From: an uncultured Planctomycetota bacterium
GTDB lineage: Bacteria; Planctomycetota; Planctomycetia; Pirellulales; Lacipirellulaceae
NCBI GenBank assembly: GCA_963719315.1
Contig: CAVRBU010000002.1
Coordinates: forward strand, 96,001 to 160,000
Direction: 5' to 3'
DNA: 64,000 bases
The position numbers were made by a program, and so were the translations under genes. Every line of letters starts with the position of its first letter. Position 1 is the stretch's first letter. The notes beneath the pieces are model-generated. The model searched no databases. It was not told the DNA's origin and saw nothing but the letters and a program-made list of their open reading frames with translations. Below are positions 20,625 to 30,411 of this stretch, one piece after another.

Positions 20625-20706
20625 GGAGGGTAAGCGAATGGCTAGCGGCCACACTGGAAATGTGGTGCCGGGAAACCGGTTGTGGGTTCGAGTCCCATGC
20701 CCTCCG
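20625..20706 (+). tRNA. tRNA-Ser(GGA)
   Basis: Acceptor GGAGGGT/GCCCTCC + G73; anticodon arm CCACA-CTGGAAA-TGTGG; long variable arm GCCGG-GAAA-CCGGT; T arm GTGGG-TTCGAGT-CCCAT; no encoded CCA. Confidence 0.9.
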
Positions 20707-20757
20707 CTTTCTTTGTTGCGCGGAGTGTCGCGTTAACGGCAGACGGAAACGCACAAA

Positions 20758-21498
20758 TTGACTACTATCTTTATCCCCGCCGCGACACTGACAAGACTCG
20801 CCCAGTACGATACGCCCACGATTTGCAACGTCATCGAGCTGTTCGACGTGCGGCCGAATGATGCGGGATATATGGATGGCCGAATTCGAGCGGCGTTTCC
20901 CGAGATGCCGCCGATGGTGGGGTTCGCCGCGACGGCGTCGTTTCGATCCGGGGCCCCGCCAGACAAGAGCACGTATGCTTCGCTCGAAAGTCAAGTGGAG
21001 CACTTCGCGCAACTGCCCGGGCCGGCCGTCGTTGTGTTTCAAGATCTCGACGTGCCGTCGATCGGAGCTACGTTTGGCGAAGTGATGTGCAGCACGTATC
21101 AAGGGTTCGGCGCCGCGGGGCTTGTTACGTCCGGCGGCGGGCGCGATCTGTTGCAGGTCCAGGCGCTCGGGTTTCCCGTGTTCACGGGCTCAACCATTTG
21201 CTCGCATGCTTACTGTCAAACGATGAACGTCGGCTCGCCAGTGCGGGTGGGCGGATTGAACGTAAGCACCGGCGATCTGTTGCACGGCGACGCAAACGGA
21301 GTGACCGATATTCCGTTGGACATAGCGACCGAGGTTGCCGACGTGGCGGCAGAGTTTATCGCCGCCGAGGCGCACGTAATCGAGTACGTGAAGGCCGCGG
21401 GGCCGAAGAGCGTCGCCGAGTTAGCGGCCCGTCGCGCGCTGATGAGCGAGGCAATTGCAAAAATTCGGCGTCGTGTTTCGCGGAAAAGCGCCAAGTAA
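20758..21498 (+). CDS. RraA family / HMG aldolase-like protein
   Basis: DTPTICN.IE, MVGFA.T, FGEVM, GG.RD, GDLLHGDANGV motifs. Confidence 0.88.
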   Translation: MTTIFIPAATLTRLAQYDTPTICNVIELFDVRPNDAGYMDGRIRAAFPEMPPMVGFAATASFRSGAPPDKSTYASLESQVEHFAQLPGPAVVVFQDLDVPSIGATFGEVMCSTYQGFGAAGLVTSGGGRDLLQVQALGFPVFTGSTICSHAYCQTMNVGSPVRVGGLNVSTGDLLHGDANGVTDIPLDIATEVADVAAEFIAAEAHVIEYVKAAGPKSVAELAARRALMSEAIAKIRRRVSRKSAK

Positions 21499-21529
21499 CT
21501 TCGTGCGTCAATTGGCTGAAGGCGGGCGC

Positions 21530-22489
21530 ATGACAAAGATCGTGGTCATCGACGGCTACACGCTCAACCCAGGCGACAATCCGTGGACACCGCTCGAACG
21601 ACTCGGGTCGCTCACTGTGCACGATCGCACTCAGCCGGAATCCGTAGTTTCGCTTGCCGCGTCCGCCGACGTATTGATCTCTAACAAGTGCGCAGTGACG
21701 GCCGAGTCGATTGAGCAACTTCCTGCACTGAAATTCATTGCCGTGACCGCCACGGGTTTCAACGTCGTGGAGGTGGCGGCCGCGCGCCGCCGTGGTATTC
21801 CCGTTTCGAACGTGCCGGAATACGGAACTCAAACGGTGGCCCAATTCACTTGGGCATTGATTCTTGAGTTATGCCATCGAGTCGGGCGGCATGTTGAAAG
21901 CGTTGCCGCTGGCGACTGGGCAAAGTCGCCCGACTTTGCTTACTGGCTCACGCCGCAGGTCGAATTAGCCGACAAACAATTGGGGCTGATCGGCTATGGC
22001 CGCATCGCGCGGCAAGTGGCGGCGATCGGCCGGGCGTTTGGGATGCTCGTGCTCGCAAGTGGCCGGCCGGGCAGCACTGCCCCATCGGGCGAAGCGGTTG
22101 AATGGTTGCCGACGGAAGAAGTGTTTGCCACAGCCGACGTGGTGAGTCTCCATTGCCCGCTGTCGCCGCAGACCGAGCGGATGGCCAACCGTCGGCTGCT
22201 CGGCAAAATGCGCCGTGAGGCGTTTCTGATCAATACGTCGCGCGGAGGTCTAGTCGATGAGCGCGACCTGGCCGACGCGCTCTGCGCGGGCCAACTCGCG
22301 GGAGCGGCGGTCGATGTCGTTTCTCAGGAGCCGATTCGCCCCGACAATCCGCTCCTCGCCGCACCGAATTGCCTGATCACACCGCACATGGCTTGGACAA
22401 GCCTGGAAGCGCACAAACGGCTCACGCGGGTGACGGCCGAAAATGTGGCCGCCTTTCTGGCCGGGCGGCCGATCAACGTCGTGAATTGA
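21530..22489 (+). CDS. D-2-hydroxyacid dehydrogenase (glycerate dehydrogenase/hydroxypyruvate reductase-like)
   Basis: LNPGDNPW, ATGFN, G.IGYGRI, LHCPL, INTSRG, EP, ITPHMAW motifs. Confidence 0.92.
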   Translation: MTKIVVIDGYTLNPGDNPWTPLERLGSLTVHDRTQPESVVSLAASADVLISNKCAVTAESIEQLPALKFIAVTATGFNVVEVAAARRRGIPVSNVPEYGTQTVAQFTWALILELCHRVGRHVESVAAGDWAKSPDFAYWLTPQVELADKQLGLIGYGRIARQVAAIGRAFGMLVLASGRPGSTAPSGEAVEWLPTEEVFATADVVSLHCPLSPQTERMANRRLLGKMRREAFLINTSRGGLVDERDLADALCAGQLAGAAVDVVSQEPIRPDNPLLAAPNCLITPHMAWTSLEAHKRLTRVTAENVAAFLAGRPINVVN

Positions 22490-22547
22490 ATGTGGTAGAA
22501 TCGATGTTTGCGATCGACACAAGTTTCTTTGTAAGAGGACGGTGAAA

Positions 22548-23441
22548 ATGCCCAAGCACTCACGGCGTAAATTTCTTGAGGTGGCGGGTAAAACCGGCGC
22601 AGTCGCGCTTGGAACGGCTGGCGGAGTGTTTTCGCACTCCGCCGCTGCGGCTGCCGAGGAGCCCAAGCCGTGCGCGATGCAGTTTGGATTAGTGACGTAT
22701 CAATGGGGCGCCGATTGGGATCTGCCGACGCTGCTAAAGAATTGCGAAGCGGCGGGCGCGGCCGGCGTGGAACTGCGAACGGAGCATGCCCATGGCGTCG
22801 AGCCCTCCATCGGCGCCGCCAAAAGGGCTGAAGTAAAAAAGCGATTTGCGGATTGCCCCGTCGTATTCGTGGGAATGGGCTGCAACGAGGCCTTTCATTC
22901 CCCGGACCCGAAGGAGCTCAAGGCCTCGATTGAACGGGCGAAGGGATTCATCAAACTCAGCCACGATCTAGGAGGCAGCGGCGCAAAGGTGAAGCCCAAT
23001 GATCTTCCCAAAGGGGTGCCGCAGGAGAAGACGATCGAACAGATCGGTCGCGCTCTGAACGAGCTGGGAAAATACGCCGCCGCTTATGGCCAGCAAGTCC
23101 GGTTGGAGGTGCATGGCCAATGTCAGCCGCTGCCGATCATTGCGGAGATCATGAAGGTGGCCGATCATCCGCAGGTCTCCGTTTGTTGGAATAGCAACGC
23201 GGAGGATCTAAAAGGGGACGGTCTGGAACACAATTTCAAGTTGGTCGCCAAACGACTCGGAGCAACGCTGCATGCGCGCGACCTCGCGGGTCATAAATAT
23301 CCATATCGCGACCTCTTTCGATTGCTCAAAGAGGCCAACTACCGAGGTTGGATTCTCATCGAAGCGAGCGACCAGCCAACCGACCGCGTTCATGCTTTAG
23401 CGGCACAGCGAAAGGCGTTCGAGGCGCTTTGTGCGAATTGA
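22548..23441 (+). CDS. Tat-exported sugar phosphate isomerase/epimerase (TIM barrel)
   Basis: SRRKFL Tat motif; GVELRT.HAHGVE, LEVHG, ILIE motifs. Confidence 0.85.
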   Translation: MPKHSRRKFLEVAGKTGAVALGTAGGVFSHSAAAAAEEPKPCAMQFGLVTYQWGADWDLPTLLKNCEAAGAAGVELRTEHAHGVEPSIGAAKRAEVKKRFADCPVVFVGMGCNEAFHSPDPKELKASIERAKGFIKLSHDLGGSGAKVKPNDLPKGVPQEKTIEQIGRALNELGKYAAAYGQQVRLEVHGQCQPLPIIAEIMKVADHPQVSVCWNSNAEDLKGDGLEHNFKLVAKRLGATLHARDLAGHKYPYRDLFRLLKEANYRGWILIEASDQPTDRVHALAAQRKAFEALCAN

Positions 23442-23616
23442 TGCGGAGTGATTTACCAAAGTTTGATGCACCCTACTGCGAAACGGGGCACCGAATTCCT
23501 GTGCTAGCAAGCTGCGTTGTAGCCGGATACAATAAAGGCTGGCTCGATCAACCTACCGCGTTTTCTCAGCGCAAAAGCCATCTGACAGTTGCTGTTATCG
23601 GTTTTGGGAGCAGAAC

Positions 23617-24993
23617 ATGCTCGATTTTCTTGGCCGCGGTGTTGCGACAACCTGTAACGGAACAACGCGCCGCGATTTCCTAAAAATCGGCACGCTGGGG
23701 GCGATCGGCTTTTCGATGGCCGATTACATGGCGGCCAAAGCGGCCGGCAAGGTGGCCGCCAAGCACGATGACCGCTCGGTGATCATGATCTTCAACCTCG
23801 GCGCGCCGAGTCAGCTCGATACGTTCGATATGAAGCCGGATGCTCCGGCCGAAATTCGCGGACCGTTCAAGCCGATTTCCACCGTTTCATCCGATATTCA
23901 GATTTCCGAAATACTGCCGCTACACGCCAAGATCGCCGACAAGTTTTCGCTCGTGCGATCTTGCCACCACAACGGCGCTGCCGTGCACGATGCCGGTTGG
24001 CAGGTGATGCAGACGGGCCGCGTTTTCCAGGGCGGCGTCAACACACCGCACGCCGGGTCGGTGGTCGATTACCTGCGCGGCCGGCGAACCGATTTACCGG
24101 CGTTCGTCGTATTGCCGCAAACGATGGGCCGCGGCGGCGGCAATCTGCCCAACGGCCAGGCCGCCGGTTTCCTCGGCAAAGCTCACGATCCGTTTTCGTT
24201 GATGGCCGATCCATCGCAGCCGAATTTCAAAGTGCCCGATTTATTGCCGCCGGCCGAAATCGACGCCGCCCGTCTCGATCGCCGCCGCAAGCTGCGCGAA
24301 ATCGTCGACTCGACGGTCAAGGAATTCGAGGCCAGCGAGAACGCGAAGCTGATGGACGATAATTTTCAAGCTGCGTTTCGCATGATGACCAGCAAGCAGG
24401 CCCGCGACTCCTTCGACCTCTCCAAGGAATCGCCAAAGGTCCGCGAGCGGTACGGCATGAATCGCTTCGGGCAATGCTGCCTCTTGGCCCGCCGACTGAT
24501 CGAGGGCGGCGTGCGATTCATTACGATCAACACGTTTCTGACCGTCTTCGACGAAATTACGTGGGACATTCACGGCACCAAGCCTTTCACGTCGATCGAA
24601 GGCATGAAGAACATCGTCGCGCCGATGTACGACCAGGCGTACAGCGCGCTGATCGAAGACCTCGACCAGCGCGGCATGTTGGGTTCGACACTCGTGTGCA
24701 ACCTGGCCGAATTCGGGCGCACGCCGCGCGTGAACCCGGCGGGCGGGCGCGATCACTGGCCGCAGTGCTTTACGTGTTACTTCGCGGGCGGCGGAGTGAA
24801 GGGCGGGCGAGTCGTGGGGAGCAGCGATCCGATCGCCGCGGTGCCGGCCGAGAGGCCCGTCGAACCGGCCGACATCGTGGCCACGATTTTCTACAGCTTG
24901 GGCCTCGATCTTGAAAAGACGCTGCCCGGCCCCTCCGGCCGGCCCTTCCCACTCGTCGATTCAGGGCACCGCGAAATCCACGAGCTGTTTTGA
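23617..24993 (+). CDS. DUF1501 domain protein
   Basis: TRRDFL Tat motif; GAPSQLDTFDMKP, LLARRLIEGGVRF, WDIH, EFGRTP, GRDHW. Confidence 0.95.
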   Translation: MLDFLGRGVATTCNGTTRRDFLKIGTLGAIGFSMADYMAAKAAGKVAAKHDDRSVIMIFNLGAPSQLDTFDMKPDAPAEIRGPFKPISTVSSDIQISEILPLHAKIADKFSLVRSCHHNGAAVHDAGWQVMQTGRVFQGGVNTPHAGSVVDYLRGRRTDLPAFVVLPQTMGRGGGNLPNGQAAGFLGKAHDPFSLMADPSQPNFKVPDLLPPAEIDAARLDRRRKLREIVDSTVKEFEASENAKLMDDNFQAAFRMMTSKQARDSFDLSKESPKVRERYGMNRFGQCCLLARRLIEGGVRFITINTFLTVFDEITWDIHGTKPFTSIEGMKNIVAPMYDQAYSALIEDLDQRGMLGSTLVCNLAEFGRTPRVNPAGGRDHWPQCFTCYFAGGGVKGGRVVGSSDPIAAVPAERPVEPADIVATIFYSLGLDLEKTLPGPSGRPFPLVDSGHREIHELF

Positions 24994-25004
24994 TTAGCGA
25001 AGCC

Positions 25005-27497
25005 ATGATGAGAAGCCTGATTTCAACCTTGCTATTTCTGGCCGCGGTGACTCAGGGTTCCTGGGCTCGTGCAGCGGAAGCAAAACTCAGGTTGCTGCCG
25101 GGCGAGTCGATGCTAACCGGAACTCACGCGCTCCAACAACTGATCGTAGAAAGCGTGGCCGATGATCGCTTTACAGGTGATCGCACGGAAAAATCCACGT
25201 TCACGACGAGCGACGAGCATGTGGCGACAGTCGACGAGGCAGGCATCGTTCATCCGGTAGGAAATGGTCAATCTACGATCACCGCGACGCTCGACGGGCA
25301 GTCCGCAACTTCGATCGTTACGGTCGTCGGCATGGATCACCACTCAGGCCGCAGTTTTCGCAGCGACGTGCAACCGGTGCTCGCGAAAATGGGCTGCAGT
25401 ATGGGCGCCTGCCACGGCGCGCTGGCCGGCAAGGGCGGATTCAAACTTTCGCTGCGCGGCTACGACGCCACGGCCGATTTCGACGCGATCACGCGGGCCG
25501 CTCGTGGCCGGCGGATTGAACCCAGCGATCCGGGCCGCAGCCTCATTCTGCTCAAGCCTACGATGACCGTTCCGCACAAGGGCGGCTTGCGGTTCGACAC
25601 CGATTCGCCGGCGTATGAAATCCTTTCACAATGGATTGCCGAGGGCGCGGTGCCGCCCGCCGACAGCGATCCGCGAATTGAGAGTATCGAAGTAATGCCG
25701 AATGAGGTGATGCTGCACCCGAAAGATCAGCAACGAATCGTGGTGCGGGCCAAATACTCCGATGGCCGCACGAGCGACGTCACGCGGTGGGCAAAGTTTT
25801 CTGCCACAAATGAGGCCGTCGCGGGCGTCAGCGACGACGGCCGGATTACGTGCAACGGCCACGGCGGCGGGACCGTTTCGGTGTGGTACTCCAGCAAAAT
25901 CAGCAACGTGCGAATCACGTCTCCGTACGATACGCAGATTCCTGAGAAAGTCTTTGCGGACGCAAAGCGTCGCAACTTCGTCGATGAGCAAGTGCTGAAG
26001 CAGTTGGCGGTTCTGCATCTGCCACCCGCGCAGCAGGCGGACGACGCGACGTTCATTCGCCGGGCATTTATCGATACGATCGGCAAGCTGCCGACTGCCG
26101 ACGAAGCCCGCTCGTTTCTCACAGATGGCGCGCCCGACAAGCGCGACCGACTTATCGAGGAGTTGCTTGCCCGCGACGAGTTCGTCGACTATTGGGCGTA
26201 CCAATGGTCCGACTTGTTGCTTGTAAACGGCAACCGCTTACGCCCGGAGGCAGTGAAAGCGTTTTACACTTGGATTCGTGGCCAGGTGAAGTCCAATACG
26301 TCGTGGGACAAATTCGCCCGGCAGATCGTCGTCGCCAAGGGCAACAGCATCGAAAACGGAGCGACGAATTTCTACGCCCTCCACCAAGACCCAGAAGAAA
26401 TGACCGAGAATATCAGCCAGGCGTTTCTGGGCCTGTCGATCGGCTGCGCAAAATGCCACAACCATCCGCTCGAAAAATGGACGAACGACCAATACTACGC
26501 GATGGCCAACTTGTTCGCCCGGGTGCATGCGAAGGGTTGGGGCGGCGAGCCGCGCAATGGCGACGGCGTGCGAACGCTATTTGTTTCCAGCCGTGGCGAC
26601 TTGGTGCAACCCTCGAAGGGCGTGCCGCAACCGCCGGCGCCGCTCGACGCGAAGCCGCTGTCGGCCGATAGCGAGCAAGACCGCCGCGAGTATTTGGCCG
26701 ATTGGCTCACGTCGCCCGACAATCCGTATTTCGCGCGGGCCATCACCAACCGCGTGTGGGCCAATTTCTATGGCGTCGGATTGGTCGATCCGGTCGATGA
26801 TTTGAGGCAGTCGAATCCGGCCAGCAACGAGGTACTCATGGCCGCGGCGACCAAGTTTTTGGTTGAGCATCATTACGATTTGAAATCATTGATGCGCACG
26901 ATACTTCAGTCCGCCACGTACCAGGCGAGCGGCGAGCCGGCCGAGGCCAGTCGCGATGAGACCCGCTTTTACTCACATTACTATCCACGGCGAATGATCG
27001 CAGAAGTCGCACTGGATGCTGTCTCGCAGGTAACGGCCGTGCCGACAGAGTTTGATCAAATCGAGTATCCAGGGGCTGATTTTCAAAAAACCGCTTTCTA
27101 CCCGAAAGGCACACGAGCGCTGCAGCTTTACGACTCGGCCGTCGTCTCCCGTTTCCTGCGCACATTCGGCCGCAATCAACGGGTGATCACGTGCCAATGC
27201 GAGCGATCCAACGAGCCGAGTCTCGTGCAAGCCTTGCACATTTCCAACGGCGATACGCTCCGCTTGAAGTTGGCGGCAAAAGACGGCACCGTCGAGTCCC
27301 TTGCTAACGGCAGCGAACCACTGTATCGCGTCATAGAAGATTTGTATTTGTCGGCGCTGTCGCGCTACCCAAGAGACGGAGAGGTGGTCCAATTACTAGC
27401 CGCCACGAGCGACGCGAAACAGGGTGATCGGCGCGTAATGATCGAAGATTTGTTTTGGGCCGTGCTGAGCAGCCGCGAGTTCTTGTTTAACCATTAG
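25005..27497 (+). CDS. DUF1549/DUF1553 domain protein with Ig-like (BIG2) repeats
   Basis: Signal peptide; C..GACHG, CAKCHNHP, NRVWANFYG.GLVDPVDD, CQCER, REFLFNH C-terminus. Confidence 0.93.
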   Translation: MMRSLISTLLFLAAVTQGSWARAAEAKLRLLPGESMLTGTHALQQLIVESVADDRFTGDRTEKSTFTTSDEHVATVDEAGIVHPVGNGQSTITATLDGQSATSIVTVVGMDHHSGRSFRSDVQPVLAKMGCSMGACHGALAGKGGFKLSLRGYDATADFDAITRAARGRRIEPSDPGRSLILLKPTMTVPHKGGLRFDTDSPAYEILSQWIAEGAVPPADSDPRIESIEVMPNEVMLHPKDQQRIVVRAKYSDGRTSDVTRWAKFSATNEAVAGVSDDGRITCNGHGGGTVSVWYSSKISNVRITSPYDTQIPEKVFADAKRRNFVDEQVLKQLAVLHLPPAQQADDATFIRRAFIDTIGKLPTADEARSFLTDGAPDKRDRLIEELLARDEFVDYWAYQWSDLLLVNGNRLRPEAVKAFYTWIRGQVKSNTSWDKFARQIVVAKGNSIENGATNFYALHQDPEEMTENISQAFLGLSIGCAKCHNHPLEKWTNDQYYAMANLFARVHAKGWGGEPRNGDGVRTLFVSSRGDLVQPSKGVPQPPAPLDAKPLSADSEQDRREYLADWLTSPDNPYFARAITNRVWANFYGVGLVDPVDDLRQSNPASNEVLMAAATKFLVEHHYDLKSLMRTILQSATYQASGEPAEASRDETRFYSHYYPRRMIAEVALDAVSQVTAVPTEFDQIEYPGADFQKTAFYPKGTRALQLYDSAVVSRFLRTFGRNQRVITCQCERSNEPSLVQALHISNGDTLRLKLAAKDGTVESLANGSEPLYRVIEDLYLSALSRYPRDGEVVQLLAATSDAKQGDRRVMIEDLFWAVLSSREFLFNH

Positions 27498-27512
27498 TCG
27501 TAATAGACCAAC

Positions 27513-30387
27513 ATGCGGCAAAGTACGATCTTATTTTGCGCGATTGTCGTCGCGTTGCACACGGCGGCATGCTATGCCGCGGATGCCGCGCCACCGGATT
27601 TCGCACGCGATGTCGCACCGATTTTCGCCAAGTATTGCGCCGGTTGCCACAATGGCACGGACCGCGAAGGCGAGCTGTCGCTCGAATCGTTCGCAGAACT
27701 GAAAAAGGGTGGCGAGAAGGGTGCAGTCATTGTGCCGGGCCGCGCCGATGCGAGCTTGATGATTCGGGCACTAAAGGGCGAGGTCGAGCCGGCGATGCCG
27801 CCGGAAGACAATCCGCATCCTTCGGACAAAGAAGTCGAACTCCTAAAATTATGGATCGACGGGGGCGCTATTGGCCCCGAGGGTTCGGCTCTGCCTCGCC
27901 CCGAAATAAAGACGCCCACTATTGCGCCGGCCACCGGCGTGCATCCGTACCTTACCAGCTTGGCAATCTCGCCGGATGGCAAGCGGCTTGCGTTCGGCAA
28001 ATATCGGCGAGTCGAGTTGGTCGATCCGGCCAGCAGAAAGGTCATGACGACGAGCGGGCAGCTCTGTGGAAAGGTAAACGGGATTTCCTTTTCGCGCGAC
28101 GGCTCCTTATTCGTCGCCAGCTCGGGGGTCGCCGGGCTCTATGGTGTAGCCACAATCTGTCGCACGAGCGACGGAGCAACGGTTTCGGAAATTACAGGTC
28201 ATCGTGACACGATTTATGACGCGGAACTAAGCCCCGACGGCCGCCTGCTGGCGACCTGCAGCTATGATCGCGCCATTAACCTATGGGACGTTGCGAGCGG
28301 CAAACTCGTGGGCTCGCTCACTGGCCACAACGGAGCGGTTTACGATCTGGCGTTTTCGTCGGACGGCTCGATCCTGGCCAGCGCCAGCGCCGATGAGACT
28401 GTAAAAATTTGGAAAGTGAAAACCGGCGCACGACTCGACACGCTAGGCCAACCCGAAGGCGAGCAGTGCGCGGTTGGATTCACGCCCGATTCGAAATCCA
28501 TCGTGGCCGGCGGCGGCGACCGCCAGTTGCGGCTGTGGACCCTGCTGTCGCGCGAAAAGGCTAAAATTAATCCGCTCAAGTTTTCGCGTACCGCGCACAA
28601 CAGCTCGATCGTAAAGCTGGCGATATCGCCCGACGGCAAGCAGCTTGTGACTGCCTCGGAAGGCCGCGAGCTCGTGCTGTGGAACGTCGCCACGCTTATG
28701 CCGATACTTCGCTACGAAGAGCAGCCCGACGTTGTGACCGGTTTGGCGTTCGCCCCCGATGGCAAGCGATTTTACGTAGCCCGGATCGATGGGAGTTGGC
28801 ACAGATACGAGATGTTCAAAGGCAAAAGCGAATCGATTGCGGCCGATGACGTGCCCTCCCCTGCCAACTCCGCGACCTTTGACGCGACCGAATCGGCTCC
28901 TCAAGAGTTCAAGGAGCAGGAGCCCAACAACGTGCCAACAGCCGCCAACGCCATCACTGCGAATTCCGTGGTACGCGGCATAATCGGGGCGGCCGCGAAC
29001 GGCGCAGCCAACGTCGATGTATTTCGTTTACATGCTCGGAAGGGCCAACGACTGGTGCTCGAAATCAACGCATCCCGCAGCAAGTCGCCGCTCGATTCGA
29101 AATTAGAAGTGCTCGATGCGGACGGCAATTCGATTCCGCGCGTTGTCCTGCAGGCGGTTCGCAGTTCGTACTACACGTTCCGCGGCCACAACTCGCTCGA
29201 TGTCGACGACTTCCGCATGCACGGCGCAAGACATGGAGCTTAATGAATTCGTGTACGCCAATGGCGAAGTCATGAAGTTGTGGCTGCTGCCGCGCGGGCC
29301 GGATTCCGGATTCCTGGTCTATCCTGGTACCGGCCCCAATCGTTTTACGTACTTCGGCTCAACACCCATCACCCACGCGCTCAACGAGCCGATTTACATC
29401 GTGCAACCGCACGGCCCAGGCGAGACAATTATTCCGAACGGATTGCAGGTTTACACGTTGTATTACGAAAACGACGACGACGGCCGGCGCATGTTGGGCA
29501 GCGATTCGCGGGTCGCGTTCACCGCTCCGGCCGACGGCGACTATTTGGCCCGGGTATCCGATGTCCGTGGGATGGGTGGCGAAGCGTATCAGTATCAATT
29601 GACGGTCCGCCCCCCGCGACCTGATTTCGAGGTCAAGATCGATGCCAAAGATCTCACCATCAACGCGGGCAGCGGCAAGGAGTTCACAATCACTGCGACA
29701 CGCGAGGACGAATTCGATGGTGAGATTCGCATTCGCATCGCAAAACTGCCGCCGGGGTTTCATGTGAGCAGCCCGCTCACGATTCAGGCTGGCCAATCGT
29801 TGGCCCGCGGCGCGCTTACGGCCGATGCCAACGCGCCTGCCCCCACCGCAGAAAACGCGAAACTCACCACCTGGACGGCCTCGGCGGTGATCGGTGGAAA
29901 GACAATCAAAAAGAAGCCGAAGAAATTGGGCGAGATCAAGCTGACAGACCGGCCTCGGATTCTGCTAACGGTGCTGCCCTCCGCCGATTCGGAGCAGCCC
30001 GTTGCAGCCGCAGCCGGGTCGAAACAAGAGCCGGCGGAAATTGTCATCGCACCCGGAGAAACGATTGCCGCCACGCTCAAAGTCGAGCGCCGCGGATTCA
30101 ATGACGAAATAGGTTTTGGCAAAGAGCTCGCCGGCCGCAATCTGCCGCATGGCGTCTACGTAGACAACATCGGCCTTAACGGCGTGACTCTTCTCAAAGG
30201 TGAAACGGAGCGGACGATTTACATCACGGCTCGCAAGTGGGTGCCGGAACAAGTGCGGCCATTCCATCTGCAGGCTGAGAAGGAAGGGAATCAAACCAGT
30301 TGGCCAGTCATGCTTCGCGTCCAAAATCGTGCTGACACGCCAACCGCAGCGACGAAAAACGTCGTAGTGACGCCCGAAGCGAACTGA
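27513..30387 (+). CDS. Planctomycete cytochrome c + WD40 repeat + PPC-like fusion protein (frameshift near 29225)
   Basis: CAGCH heme motif...WIDGGA; GH...WD repeats; EQEPNN, SPLDS.LEV, NDD..DSR..F.APADG.Y..RV.D. Confidence 0.85.
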
Positions 30388-30411
30388 CGCTTGCCGCCAC
30401 GCGTGGGTGAA

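Noticed and set aside
20624..20707. Selenocysteine-type 8/5 tRNA fold
   Set aside because: The extra C-G pair would consume G73, the anticodon is GGA, and a standard 7/5 serine fold fits.
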